DNA of 64,000 nucleotides from Promethearchaeota archaeon (GTDB lineage Archaea; Asgardarchaeota; Lokiarchaeia; Sigyniarchaeales; SOKP01): contig JAHLWS010000075.1 of NCBI GenBank assembly GCA_019057795.1, positions 1 to 64,000 on the forward strand. The letters run 5' to 3'. Below are positions 28,847 through 39,122 of the stretch, piece by piece. How positions within the stretch are numbered: position 1 is the stretch's first letter; each line of letters opens with the position of its first letter. A program made the translations under genes and the position numbers. The notes beneath the pieces are model-generated. The model saw only the letters and a program-made list of their open reading frames with translations. It had not been told where the DNA came from and did no database searches.

Positions 28847-30136
28847 ATGGAAAATAAAAAGCCAACTTTGTTCGATGTATATCCGAATTTAGAGGGAAAA
28901 GTTCCTTGGATCTCAATATTAACGGGAATACCTTCTAATGTTGATAGGTTAACAGAACTAGAAAGTTACTTGAAATTGAACGATGGCGAAATATATATTA
29001 AGCGTGACGACAAAGATCATAAAATATATGGTGGCAACAAACTCAGAAAGTTTGAATTTATTTTTGGAGAGGCTCTAAAGAAAAAAAAGAAAGGTATAAT
29101 AACTTTGGGAGGTATTGGTACAAATCACGGAACTGCTTGTGCAATTGTAGCGAAAGAACTGGATTTAAAGTGTGAATTATTTTTATCCCTTCAACCAATA
29201 TCTTGGCATGTTCAGCGTTCTCTCCTTTTATTCCATTATTTTGGGGCAAAATTACATTTTACTAAGATGTTTGAACTTGGTGTTCTCAAAAGCTTGTTGT
29301 TTAGAATGTTTCACCCGAAGTATTATTTAATGTCGATTGGTGGATCACCCATCTTTGGAATTGGAACGCCATTAGGAAGTATAGGCTTTATTAATGCGAT
29401 TTTTGAATTAAAAAATCAAATTGATGAAGGGATTCTACCTGAACCAGATATTATTTTTGTAGCAGCAGGATCAACCGGAACATCAGCAGGTCTCACTGCC
29501 GGTTGTAAGCTCTTAGGATTAAAAACTAAAGTATATCCTGTTAATGTTTCTAGGGATATTGTTGTTAACCCAAAAAACCTAATTAAAATCGCAAATAAAT
29601 CCATTAAATATTTAAGAAAACGAGATAAATCTATACCGGATGTCCAAGTTAATGAAGGTGATTTTGAAATGATTAAGGGATATTTGGGTTCTAATTACGG
29701 CGTGAAAACAGTTAAGGGGCAAAACGCGGTAGATTTAGTTTACGAACTGGAGGGGAAAAAGCTAGGCTTCAAATTAGAAACGACTTATACGGGAAAAGCG
29801 ATGGCAGCAATGTTTGATTTTTTTGAAAAAGAAGAAAATAAATCTAAGAAAGTTCTTTTCTGGAACACATATAATTCGAACGATTTGGATAAATATCTTA
29901 GAGAAATTGAATTTGATTACGAAAAGCTACCAAAAAAATTTCATAAGTATTACGAGCAACAAGCCTTCCAATGTTGGCGTCTTGCAAATTGTCCCGAAGA
30001 AGTGCGAATAGAATGTCCTGCGTATCTAAACCATGAATATAGGTTCTGGAAAGTTGCTGAGTGCAAGCTTCCCGAGGAAAAGAAAATAGAAGTTCAAGAA
30101 AAAGTGAGAAAGGTTATTGAGTTAGAAGATGCTTAA
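28847..30136 (+). CDS. PLP-dependent D-cysteine desulfhydrase/ACC deaminase family, with C-terminal Cys-Trp module
   Basis: IKRDD...GGNKLRKFEF, GSTGT, ETTYTGKA; tail CWRLANCP...CPAY...FWKVAEC. Confidence 0.85.
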   Translation: MENKKPTLFDVYPNLEGKVPWISILTGIPSNVDRLTELESYLKLNDGEIYIKRDDKDHKIYGGNKLRKFEFIFGEALKKKKKGIITLGGIGTNHGTACAIVAKELDLKCELFLSLQPISWHVQRSLLLFHYFGAKLHFTKMFELGVLKSLLFRMFHPKYYLMSIGGSPIFGIGTPLGSIGFINAIFELKNQIDEGILPEPDIIFVAAGSTGTSAGLTAGCKLLGLKTKVYPVNVSRDIVVNPKNLIKIANKSIKYLRKRDKSIPDVQVNEGDFEMIKGYLGSNYGVKTVKGQNAVDLVYELEGKKLGFKLETTYTGKAMAAMFDFFEKEENKSKKVLFWNTYNSNDLDKYLREIEFDYEKLPKKFHKYYEQQAFQCWRLANCPEEVRIECPAYLNHEYRFWKVAECKLPEEKKIEVQEKVRKVIELEDA

Positions 30137-30218
30137 TCAATTTTTTTTAACTAAAGATCAAATTCTTCTATAAGTTGTTTTGAAGGGTTGGCCGGTTTGA
30201 TATGTATTCGATTTATAT

Positions 30219-31718
30219 TTAATTAGACTTTAACTCTTTGATATTAGAAACAATTCTTTTGAGTAATTCATATATTTTTCCAACATCAGAAATCTTTAAT
30301 CTTTCGCTCGGAGAATGCAGCCCCTCCACTGTGGGACCAAGTGATACCATTTGAAGTCCTGAAATCTTAGTACTAATCATTCCAGTTTCTAATCCCCCAT
30401 GAATAATGTTAGTTTTTATGGGTTTTTCCATTAAGGTATCATATTGTTTTTTAACATATTCTAAAAACTTAGATTCAAGATCTGGTAACCATTCTGGTAA
30501 AACAGGTCTTAAAAAAACACTCCAACATCCAAGTTCTCCTAGTTGATTCATAGAAACACAAAATGAGTCCAATTCACTTCTTATTATACTACGAGGATAA
30601 AGCCAAATAATTTCTTTATCGTTTTCAGTGTTAACGATGGCAAGATTATTTGAACTTTCTACAAATCTCTCATAAATATGGGATTTTTTAAGCACACCAT
30701 GAGGGATTATATGAGTAGTCGATATCAATAATCTTGAATCCTCATTTGACAAATAATTATCGGGAGAAACTTTCTTATTTTCAATTTTAAGGTTAGGTTC
30801 AAATTTCTCATAATATTGATAAATTGAAGAGATTTCTTCATTTAACAATTCTTCAAATTTCTCGTGATCTTTTACATTTATCCCAAATTTTATTAAAGAT
30901 TTAGCCGGGATGACATTTGATTTAGTACCACCTTGCCATTTACAGACATAAATTTCCATTTCTTGATGGATTTTTGATAAAATTCTACTAACTAACTTAT
31001 TTGCATTAGCTCTAGGTAAGTGAATATCTCCTCCCGAATGGCCACTTAATAGTCCATGAACTAAAAGTTCATAGAATTCCAAATCATCGCTTTCTTTATA
31101 TTCTTTCCGGGTAAATTTTTTTGAAAACCTTACTCTTCTTCCACAAACAGAACCAATTACAATTTCTTCGAGAGGTCCACCATCTAAATTAACCATTAAT
31201 TTACTTTCTATACTAAGTTTTGAAGGATCTAATAAGGTTGCTCCATCAAAACCATCTTCTTCATTCACAGTTAATAAAACTTCAATGGGTCCGTGGGATT
31301 CAATTGAAGTATCAACTAAAATAGCTATCGCGAATGCAACTCCAATACCATCGTCAGCACCTAGTGTAGTTCCATCTGCATCAACCCATTCATTATTTTT
31401 TTGAATGCGTAGTGGTATCCCTTTATTAGTGAAATCAAAACCTTCGAGCTTATCAGTTTCACAAACCATATCAAGGTGAGCTTGAAGCAGTATTGGTGGA
31501 TTTGATTCTAATCCTGAAGTTGCAGGTTTCTTGATTAATATATTTCCAACATCATCTTGAAATAATTTGTAATCAATATTATTAGATTTGCCAGCCTCTA
31601 ATATAAAATCTTTTATCACTTCACGGATTCTTTCTTCATGTCTAGAAGGTCTTGGGGTATTTGCTATTATTTCAAAAATATCCCATACAATTTTAGGTTT
31701 TAAATTTTCTAATACCAT
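30219..31718 (-). CDS. pepD: Aminoacyl-His dipeptidase (M20C)
   Basis: PRPS..EE, QAHLDMVC, GTTLGADDGIG, EE, GHSG, HGGLE, HSPSE. Confidence 0.9.
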   Translation of the reverse strand: MVLENLKPKIVWDIFEIIANTPRPSRHEERIREVIKDFILEAGKSNNIDYKLFQDDVGNILIKKPATSGLESNPPILLQAHLDMVCETDKLEGFDFTNKGIPLRIQKNNEWVDADGTTLGADDGIGVAFAIAILVDTSIESHGPIEVLLTVNEEDGFDGATLLDPSKLSIESKLMVNLDGGPLEEIVIGSVCGRRVRFSKKFTRKEYKESDDLEFYELLVHGLLSGHSGGDIHLPRANANKLVSRILSKIHQEMEIYVCKWQGGTKSNVIPAKSLIKFGINVKDHEKFEELLNEEISSIYQYYEKFEPNLKIENKKVSPDNYLSNEDSRLLISTTHIIPHGVLKKSHIYERFVESSNNLAIVNTENDKEIIWLYPRSIIRSELDSFCVSMNQLGELGCWSVFLRPVLPEWLPDLESKFLEYVKKQYDTLMEKPIKTNIIHGGLETGMISTKISGLQMVSLGPTVEGLHSPSERLKISDVGKIYELLKRIVSNIKELKSN

Positions 31719-31839
31719 TATTATCCTTTAATTAGCTATTTATTATAGTTTTTTATGTTAATAGATTATATAACATAAGATATATTTTAATGCAAAATCT
31801 TTTAATTTTGAATAGTAAAAATGATTTTATTAGTTTAAT

Positions 31840-32790
31840 ATGTTGTTAACATATTTTTTATTGTTCCTTATGATTTTTTTATGGGGTTTCTCTTTTATAG
31901 TTGTTGATATCGCTATGGATTTTGTACCTCCGCTCTCAATTGCTTTATATAGACTAATAATTGCCGCAATTTCTATGATTATTGTTGATTGGTATTTAAT
32001 AAAAAAAAAAAATAAGCCCATGACTAATTCTTTAATAGAAAGAGAAGATGAGAGTTCTAATAAACAATATTGGTTGTTTATATTTTTAGCAAGTTTAGCA
32101 GGAGTGTCTTTATATCTTTTTATAATCTACTCGGCTATTGATTTGATAGGTCCGTCAATACCGGTATTTTCAGATTGTTTGATTAACCCTATCCTTATTA
32201 CAATTATTGCTCTTGTTGTTTTCAAAGAAAAGTTAAGCAAGAAAAAAATAATAGGTTTCGCTATAGCCTCTTTTGGAGCATTTTTATTAATAACGGGAGG
32301 TAATTTAGGAGTTCTTCAACCGGATTCACCCAATTTTTTAGGATATATCCTTTCTCTTTTAGCTCCTTTAAGCTGGACAAGTTATACGATCGTTATAAAA
32401 AAATTGAAAAAATACAATAGATTCAAGTCTGATTTTCAAAATCTTAAAAATATCTCAATATTTGGATGTTTAGAATTATTTCTCTTTGTTATTTTTAGTA
32501 ATCAATTTGATGTGTTTCTTAATAATATCTTAAATGTCGTTGTGTTTCTGTGCGCTTTATACCTCGCTTTAGGACCTTTCGTAATTGGTTATTACATTTG
32601 GAATTTTTCTCTCAAGAAGCTAAAATCTTCAAATGTTGCATCGTTTTTGTACTTGCAACCGTTTTTGACCTTAATTTTATCAATCATCTTTCAGCGCGAC
32701 GATGCTATCGGCTTATGGAATATAATGGGAGGGTTTGTTGTAATGATAGCAATAATGATAATTAACTATAAAAAAACAAATTCCTTCTAA
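31840..32790 (+). CDS. DMT/EamA transporter
   Basis: 10 TMs, WG.SF, two EamA repeats. Confidence 0.88.
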   Translation: MLLTYFLLFLMIFLWGFSFIVVDIAMDFVPPLSIALYRLIIAAISMIIVDWYLIKKKNKPMTNSLIEREDESSNKQYWLFIFLASLAGVSLYLFIIYSAIDLIGPSIPVFSDCLINPILITIIALVVFKEKLSKKKIIGFAIASFGAFLLITGGNLGVLQPDSPNFLGYILSLLAPLSWTSYTIVIKKLKKYNRFKSDFQNLKNISIFGCLELFLFVIFSNQFDVFLNNILNVVVFLCALYLALGPFVIGYYIWNFSLKKLKSSNVASFLYLQPFLTLILSIIFQRDDAIGLWNIMGGFVVMIAIMIINYKKTNSF

Positions 32791-32918
32791 TTGAACAAGT
32801 TTCGAAAGGTTTGAGTTCTTTTAAATTAATTTCCTTTACCAATTCTGATAAAAAACTTTTTATACCGAAATTAATTGAAGTACTTATAATATTTTGCTAA
32901 CTAAATGAAAGAAAAGAA

Positions 32919-33698
32919 GTGGAAAAGATTATGGAAGATATTGTCTTATATGAAAAACAAGGGAATATTGGAAAGATAACTCTAAATAAGCCAGAACAAA
33001 GGAATACAATAGATATACAGGTTCTCAAAAAGTTAATAGGTTTCTTTAAACAAAGCGCTGAAAATGGCGATGTATGCGTTATCTATGCTGCTAACGGGAA
33101 ACACTTTACTGTTGGTGCTGATTTGAAATATGGCTATGATTTACTTACTAATAAAGAAAAATTGGCTGAAGCCATTGAATTTCTTGAATCTTGGCAAATT
33201 CTTACTCGAGCTATGTTAGCACATCCAGGAATAATAATTGTTGGATATCACGGCTGGGTAATTGGGGGAGGTTTTGAGCATACACTTGTATGTGACTTGA
33301 AAATTGCCGCAACGGATACACGAATCATGTTGCCAGAAGTAGGAGTTGGACTTTTCTTTTCAAACGCGTCTACAAAGTTATTACCTAGAATTGTTGGGGA
33401 AACTCGAGCAAAACAGATTATGCTTCTTGGAAATGAGATCTCTGCTGAAGAGGCTTTAAATATAGGCCTAGTAAATCAAGTTTGTAAACCAGAAGGCCTA
33501 AATCGTATTTTAAAAAAAACTGCGAACATGATAGTTTCAAGAGGCCACCTTGCTCTTCAGTATACAAAGAAGTTTATAAATGAAAACCAAGATTTAAGTA
33601 TTGAATCCGTTTTAGCACGCGAATCAATAGCAATGATTACAACTGGGCAGTCTGAAGAACTTAAAAAAAGACTTGAAAAATTTGTTAAGAAAGAGTAA
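32919..33698 (+). CDS. Enoyl-CoA hydratase/isomerase
   Basis: FTVGADL, GGGFE, LPEVGVG (both catalytic Glu present). Confidence 0.9.
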   Translation: MEKIMEDIVLYEKQGNIGKITLNKPEQRNTIDIQVLKKLIGFFKQSAENGDVCVIYAANGKHFTVGADLKYGYDLLTNKEKLAEAIEFLESWQILTRAMLAHPGIIIVGYHGWVIGGGFEHTLVCDLKIAATDTRIMLPEVGVGLFFSNASTKLLPRIVGETRAKQIMLLGNEISAEEALNIGLVNQVCKPEGLNRILKKTANMIVSRGHLALQYTKKFINENQDLSIESVLARESIAMITTGQSEELKKRLEKFVKKE

Positions 33699-33708
33699 AG
33701 AATTGTAA

Positions 33709-34161
33709 TTATTGATTAAAATCTCTGAAAAAATCAGTTATTTTGATTAAATTTTTGTTATTCATATCCATAATTAATCTCACAATTATTCCTTTTACTA
33801 GGAGCGTATCTTTTGATTTATTGTTTTTATAACAATCCATCGCAAGAGTTATAGAAGTATTTCCTACTTTTATGACCCGAGTGTGAATAAGAATTTTATC
33901 ACCGAAAGTAGCCGATCTTAAATATTCAATTTCAACCTTTCTAACTGGAAAAACGATCCCTTCTTTATGTAGCGCACCACAATCTTTATTAAGCTTTTGT
34001 ACAAAACTTATGAAGCCATCATCAAAATAATTCAGATATTTGTTAGAATGAACAACCTGCATTAAATCAGTATCGTCGACTCTAACTTCAATTTCTTTAA
34101 AATCTTCAATTCCAAGCAGTTTGTCTATTATTATCTTATCTTTCTCATTAACTTCTTTCAT
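33709..34161 (-). CDS. Acyl-CoA thioesterase (4HBT/YbgC family)
   Basis: VRVDDTD...VVH..KYLNYFD hot-dog motif. Confidence 0.85.
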   Translation of the reverse strand: MKEVNEKDKIIIDKLLGIEDFKEIEVRVDDTDLMQVVHSNKYLNYFDDGFISFVQKLNKDCGALHKEGIVFPVRKVEIEYLRSATFGDKILIHTRVIKVGNTSITLAMDCYKNNKSKDTLLVKGIIVRLIMDMNNKNLIKITDFFRDFNQ

Positions 34162-34245
34162 AATATCTTCATAAACTCTTAACTTAATAACTTAATAATT
34201 TTTAAAAATAATTTAATTGAAAAAAAATAAACTAAAAGCAAGTAT

Positions 34246-35778
34246 TTATTTCTCTAATTTTTTTCCTTTCATAGCTTTTCGAAATTTCTCAAGTTGTTTT
34301 CTAGGAGTAACAGTTGGTCTTTCGTATCTTTTCAATTTTGACTTAATTCCAAAAAGGTACTTAGAAATATTTTTCAATTTCTCAAGATCGTAGCGCATCA
34401 TCATAGTTATAGTTTCCATTGACGGCGACCCTCCACCATGTAAGCCCGCTACCTGTAATAGACCTGCTATTTCTGAAACCGCGAAAGCTTCAATGCCTCT
34501 AAAACAGCGTAAAACATTTTCTGGTTTAACTCTAGGATTTCTTTTCATATATTTCATAGCAAGTTCGCCAACATCTTCAGAGAAGAACGAGCCTTCGTAG
34601 GGTAGTGTTGCAATAAGACCGCCAGAAAGGTCTGCTAGAACTTTATATTCCTCGTAAATCATTTCTCCTGCAAGTCTCCTTCCAGCATTGGTTAAAATCT
34701 CATCCGGAACTTGAGTTCCTGAAGGAGCTTTTTCAGAGTGTTTTGCACTAGATTCGCCAGCAGCAAAAACGAGTTCCGCAGTACCTATAAGGTGAGAAAG
34801 TTTGTCTTGAACATGAGATGATTTTTCAATGCCGTTATATTCTGCAACTAATGCTGCAGCACTCGCTATAACTTCCGTTATGGCAGGCTTACAGCCAGTA
34901 TAACTGTGGCGGTGAAAGTGAGCGAACATAAGTGCTAGAAAGCCAGCATATGCAGTTTGTCTAGGATCTCCATTACCATTTAAAAAAATCCTATCGTTGG
35001 GAACAAAAACATCGTCAAAGATAATAAAAGTCTCAGCATCTCCAAAATTCCCAGCAGGAAATTCCATGTGTTTACTTTTTCTAAAGCTAGCAGGTCTCGT
35101 TAATAGTTTAACTCCATCCCAATCTGTAGGTAATGCAAATGATACGGCGTAATCTTTATCTTCTGGGCCCATATACCTACAAGGGACTACAATCAGCTCA
35201 TCTGCGTATGGTGTGTTTGTAATGCTTTGTTTACACCCTCTAACAACGATTCCATCTTCTCTCGTTTCAATAACCCTTAAATATTGATCTGGGTCTTCTT
35301 GTTCGTGAGGTCTCTTCAAGCGATCTCCTTTAGCATCAGTTTGAGCCGCACTAGCGACCAAATCGTTCTCTTGAAAATATTCTAAATACTTCTTAAACCT
35401 TTCATAGTGATCGGTTCCAAGCGCTTGGTCTAACTCGTATGTAATTACAGAAAGTGCGTTTAAAGCGTCGCATCCCATACACCTTTGAATGCACCCCCCT
35501 ACTCGATGACACAATAATCGCGTCATTAACTGCTTTTTTAAAAGATCATCTTCGCTCTGATGGATGTGGCAAAACCGGTTAATCTTCTTTCCAGTTAAAT
35601 GAGAGGTAGTTACGCATAAATCTTCATATTCCTCGCTATGAGCGCAGTCATAGGTAACTTTTATGATATTTTGACCACCCTGTAATCGAGGGTCATCCCG
35701 ACCTACTAATTCGTCACCAATGTAAATATTTGGCTTCATTTTATATAATCGGGCTAAATAATCTTCAAATGTTTTCAA
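34246..35778 (-). CDS. abfD: 4-hydroxybutyryl-CoA dehydratase/vinylacetyl-CoA isomerase family
   Basis: CIQRC and HRHSYTGCK ([4Fe-4S] ligands), TDAKGDR, HGGGSP. Confidence 0.8.
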   Translation of the reverse strand: MKTFEDYLARLYKMKPNIYIGDELVGRDDPRLQGGQNIIKVTYDCAHSEEYEDLCVTTSHLTGKKINRFCHIHQSEDDLLKKQLMTRLLCHRVGGCIQRCMGCDALNALSVITYELDQALGTDHYERFKKYLEYFQENDLVASAAQTDAKGDRLKRPHEQEDPDQYLRVIETREDGIVVRGCKQSITNTPYADELIVVPCRYMGPEDKDYAVSFALPTDWDGVKLLTRPASFRKSKHMEFPAGNFGDAETFIIFDDVFVPNDRIFLNGNGDPRQTAYAGFLALMFAHFHRHSYTGCKPAITEVIASAAALVAEYNGIEKSSHVQDKLSHLIGTAELVFAAGESSAKHSEKAPSGTQVPDEILTNAGRRLAGEMIYEEYKVLADLSGGLIATLPYEGSFFSEDVGELAMKYMKRNPRVKPENVLRCFRGIEAFAVSEIAGLLQVAGLHGGGSPSMETITMMMRYDLEKLKNISKYLFGIKSKLKRYERPTVTPRKQLEKFRKAMKGKKLEK

Positions 35779-35976
35779 TTTTATTTCCTCTTCCTCTTTA
35801 TAAATTTTTAAATATGTAAATTGTGCTAATTAATAAATAGATTGCTCTTGTTTTTAAAAGGTTTCTCTATGGTTTCCTTGTTCTTTATTATTTAAAACCC
35901 CAAATAACTAATAAATATTTTATTCAGAATTTCTTTTACATAAATAATTTTAGATATAAAATTTGAAGAATTTATC

Positions 35977-37140
35977 ATGAATAGTAAACCAAAAGGTATT
36001 ACAACACCACCAAGTCAAGATGAGCTTTCCAGTCGATTAGAGAAAGTAAGAGCTATGATGATAGAAGAGAATTTGGATTATTACGTGTCATTTGATCCAA
36101 CTAACATATATTATTTAACTAACTTTGCAAACAATGTACACGAGCGTCCATTTATTCTAATTATTGAAAGAGAAGGGACCCCTAAAATGGTGGTTCCACT
36201 CTTAGAAAAGAGTCACATTGAGTCTAGATCTATTGGTGAACTTGAATTTCATAGTTATTTCGAATTTCCAGCTCCCGAAGGAGAAAATTGGTACGATTTA
36301 TATCAAACGCTTATTAAAAAGGATAAAAAAGTAGGAATTGAGGCTGCAATGCCATCTGGGATTGCTGAAAAAACTCCTGGAAAGAAGGTAATTACAGACA
36401 TTATCGATGAGGTGCGAATTGTAAAAACAGATTACGAAATCGGAAGGTCTGTCCATGCTTGTAAAATTATTAATAGAGGACATAAAGAATTACTTAAAAT
36501 TTGCCGTCCTGGAGTGCCAGAATTTGTTTTATATCAGAAAGTCACAGGATTCATGACTTCGAAGATTGTCACAGATATACCAGGTGCAAATTTCATCGTC
36601 TGTAGAACGGTTGGAGCAGTTTGGCCACCCTCATTTTCTCACGATCCGCATATAATTCCAAAACTTTTTGCTGAAATGGAAGAAGGAGGTCCACATGTTT
36701 CCATAGTATACGCTCAGGTAGATGGTTATGGAGTTGAAATAGAAAGAACTTTCTTTTTAGAACATATACCAGAGAAGGCTAAGAAACCTTTCGAAGTAAT
36801 GTTCCAGGCCAGAGAGCTCGCGTATAGCCTTTTAAAACCAGGAACAAATATGGGTGAAATAGATAGTAAAGTAAAAAAGTTTATAACTGAAAAAGGATAT
36901 GGCGACTACGTAATTCACCGCACTGGACATGGGCTTGGAATTACGGGTCATGAAGCACCTTATTTAGCTGAAGGGTACGACAGACCTCTCGAACCAAATA
37001 TGTTAATCAGCGTTGAGCCGGGTATTTACATTCCGGGACTTGGAGGTTTTCGTCATTCTGACTCTGTCTTAATAACCGATGATGGTTATGTTAAATTAAC
37101 GAAAGCTCCAGAAGAACTTGACGACCTAATAATTTCATAA
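35977..37140 (+). CDS. M24 (Xaa-Pro peptidase/creatinase-like) hydrolase
   Basis: ERT, HRTGHG.G..HE, EPGIY, GFRHSD; several metal ligands substituted. Confidence 0.85.
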   Translation: MNSKPKGITTPPSQDELSSRLEKVRAMMIEENLDYYVSFDPTNIYYLTNFANNVHERPFILIIEREGTPKMVVPLLEKSHIESRSIGELEFHSYFEFPAPEGENWYDLYQTLIKKDKKVGIEAAMPSGIAEKTPGKKVITDIIDEVRIVKTDYEIGRSVHACKIINRGHKELLKICRPGVPEFVLYQKVTGFMTSKIVTDIPGANFIVCRTVGAVWPPSFSHDPHIIPKLFAEMEEGGPHVSIVYAQVDGYGVEIERTFFLEHIPEKAKKPFEVMFQARELAYSLLKPGTNMGEIDSKVKKFITEKGYGDYVIHRTGHGLGITGHEAPYLAEGYDRPLEPNMLISVEPGIYIPGLGGFRHSDSVLITDDGYVKLTKAPEELDDLIIS

Positions 37141-37160
37141 TAAAAAAGATTTATGAAAAG

Positions 37161-37664
37161 TTAAATTTCTTTTTTTATTTGTTCTATAGGTTTTCTTAGA
37201 GTCGGTTTCGGAATGTTTCCTTTAATATATCCAAAAGGTAAAATTGTTAAAAGAAAATCGTCTTTCCCTAGACTAAGTAATTCTTTAGCTTTTTCCCTAT
37301 CCATTGAACCAATCCAACAAGTCCCTATTCCTAAAGACCAAGCCATCAACATCATATTCATTGAGACTAATGTTGTGTCTTGAATGTACCAATTTGGATT
37401 TTCTTTAATTTTTCCAACTATAGCTATAGCGACAGGAGCTCTTTTCATAAACTTACTATAAATAGCTGATTCTGAAATTTCCTTTAAAAATTCTTTATTT
37501 TTGATGATAATAAACTCCCAAGGTTGCTTATTAGACGCACTTGGAGTCCATCTTCCTGCCTCTAAAATCATTTCAAGATCCTTATCAGCAATCATTTTAT
37601 CGAGAAAGTTTCTGATGCTCCTTCTACTTTTTAAAAATTTTAAAAATTCTTCGGGATTAATCAT
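37161..37664 (-). CDS. Nitroreductase family
   Basis: RRSIR.F, PSASNKQPW, GIGTCWIG. Confidence 0.92.
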   Translation of the reverse strand: MINPEEFLKFLKSRRSIRNFLDKMIADKDLEMILEAGRWTPSASNKQPWEFIIIKNKEFLKEISESAIYSKFMKRAPVAIAIVGKIKENPNWYIQDTTLVSMNMMLMAWSLGIGTCWIGSMDREKAKELLSLGKDDFLLTILPFGYIKGNIPKPTLRKPIEQIKKEI

Positions 37665-37785
37665 TCAATATTTCAACATCTATTACTAGTTCTAATTAAA
37701 ACTACAAAATCTGAATATCATTTAAATATAATCTTAATGAAATATTAATTCTTTAAATGATTGCTTAAAGAGTTATTCGGAAGAA

Positions 37786-39036
37786 TCATTCTTTCTTGTT
37801 ATTGAAATAATCTGATTCAAGATTAGGAAATATCTTTTTTTTTCTTCCTTCGCTTTTAAAATGAACTAAATTAAGATCTGTTAGCTTTTTAACGTGATAT
37901 TGAATAGTTTTGTGGTCAACCTTAAAGCGTTTTGTTATAATGCTATTCCATAAACCCGGTTCTTTTTCGATCATTTGTAAAATTTTTAATGTTAATTTGC
38001 TCTTACTTAATTGAAGATCAAGGTTTGAGATGGGATTCTTCTGGTAATACGGAAAATACGCTATAAAATTCCCGAGACGCTTTTTCCCAATAACTTTGTA
38101 GGTTTCTAATATATCGAGGTGCCACACGAGATTGCCGGCAGCTATTTCGATTTTTCTTAATAACTCGTTGAAATGAATACCAGGTTCATTTAGAATTAAA
38201 TCTATTATTTTGTTCCTATTTTCGTTCTCTAATACATCTTCTAAGCTTAGTCGATGAGCGCCTTTCTCAATTGGAATTGTTCTAGTTTTTAAGTATTGGA
38301 AATAATCTTTTTTTGAAATTAAAATAGCAAGCGAGGCCAACCCAATAGCACCAACTATCAAAAAGATTACCCAAATCCAATTATCAAAAACCTCAACAAT
38401 CTCAAAAAATGTGATGTAATATTCTGTGTCTGCTTGCAAATTAATAAGAGACCCTTCTAAAGAATATTCAGAACTGGACTCATTTAATTGTTCAATTGTA
38501 CTGATAACTTCCCACGCTTCTTGTGAAGGTTCGTATAAAGCTAAAGAATAACTATTACTTGGATTAAAGCCGTATAGAGATCTTTTAAGACTTCTAATAG
38601 TCATATTTTCTATCGTTGTGTTTGTATTTATTTGAAAGATGCAATCATATCTATTTTGAAATTGAGCTTCTCCTTTTTGTGGTCCTTGAGGCGGCTCAAC
38701 CATCCCAAAACCTTGCATAGTTACTTTAGAGGTGATTTTTAATGAAATCGGATTACTGTTATTAATAAGAAAGAAAATTTGACGGTTTTCAATTTTATTT
38801 TCATATTGGATTTCTAAGTCAATAAAAGAATCTGTCGAGATTTCAAGAATTATATTGTTAGAAAAAATGTATTTCACAGATTCGTTTGGGTAGATTTGGT
38901 CTTGAGTAGAAAAACCGGGTATATTTTTAGATTTATGAGATAAAACATTCGATATTAAGAAACTAAAATTAATAAAGATTAAAAGTAATATAAGAACGCT
39001 GAAATTTGATTTGTTCCTTAATTTTAGTTTAAACAT
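37786..39036 (-). CDS. Membrane-tethered winged-helix transcription regulator with extracellular domain
   Basis: Signal/TM, ~185-aa beta-rich ectodomain, TM, then tandem wHTH (NENRNKII..I..EPGIHFNEL...L.WHL..LE). Confidence 0.8.
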   Translation of the reverse strand: MFKLKLRNKSNFSVLILLLIFINFSFLISNVLSHKSKNIPGFSTQDQIYPNESVKYIFSNNIILEISTDSFIDLEIQYENKIENRQIFFLINNSNPISLKITSKVTMQGFGMVEPPQGPQKGEAQFQNRYDCIFQINTNTTIENMTIRSLKRSLYGFNPSNSYSLALYEPSQEAWEVISTIEQLNESSSEYSLEGSLINLQADTEYYITFFEIVEVFDNWIWVIFLIVGAIGLASLAILISKKDYFQYLKTRTIPIEKGAHRLSLEDVLENENRNKIIDLILNEPGIHFNELLRKIEIAAGNLVWHLDILETYKVIGKKRLGNFIAYFPYYQKNPISNLDLQLSKSKLTLKILQMIEKEPGLWNSIITKRFKVDHKTIQYHVKKLTDLNLVHFKSEGRKKKIFPNLESDYFNNKKE

Positions 39037-39122
39037 ATATGCAATCCATTTATTGATCGTTATAAATTGTAATTCAAAAATTAAAAAAAAATATTGGTTT
39101 ATAGATATAATAATTTTATTGA

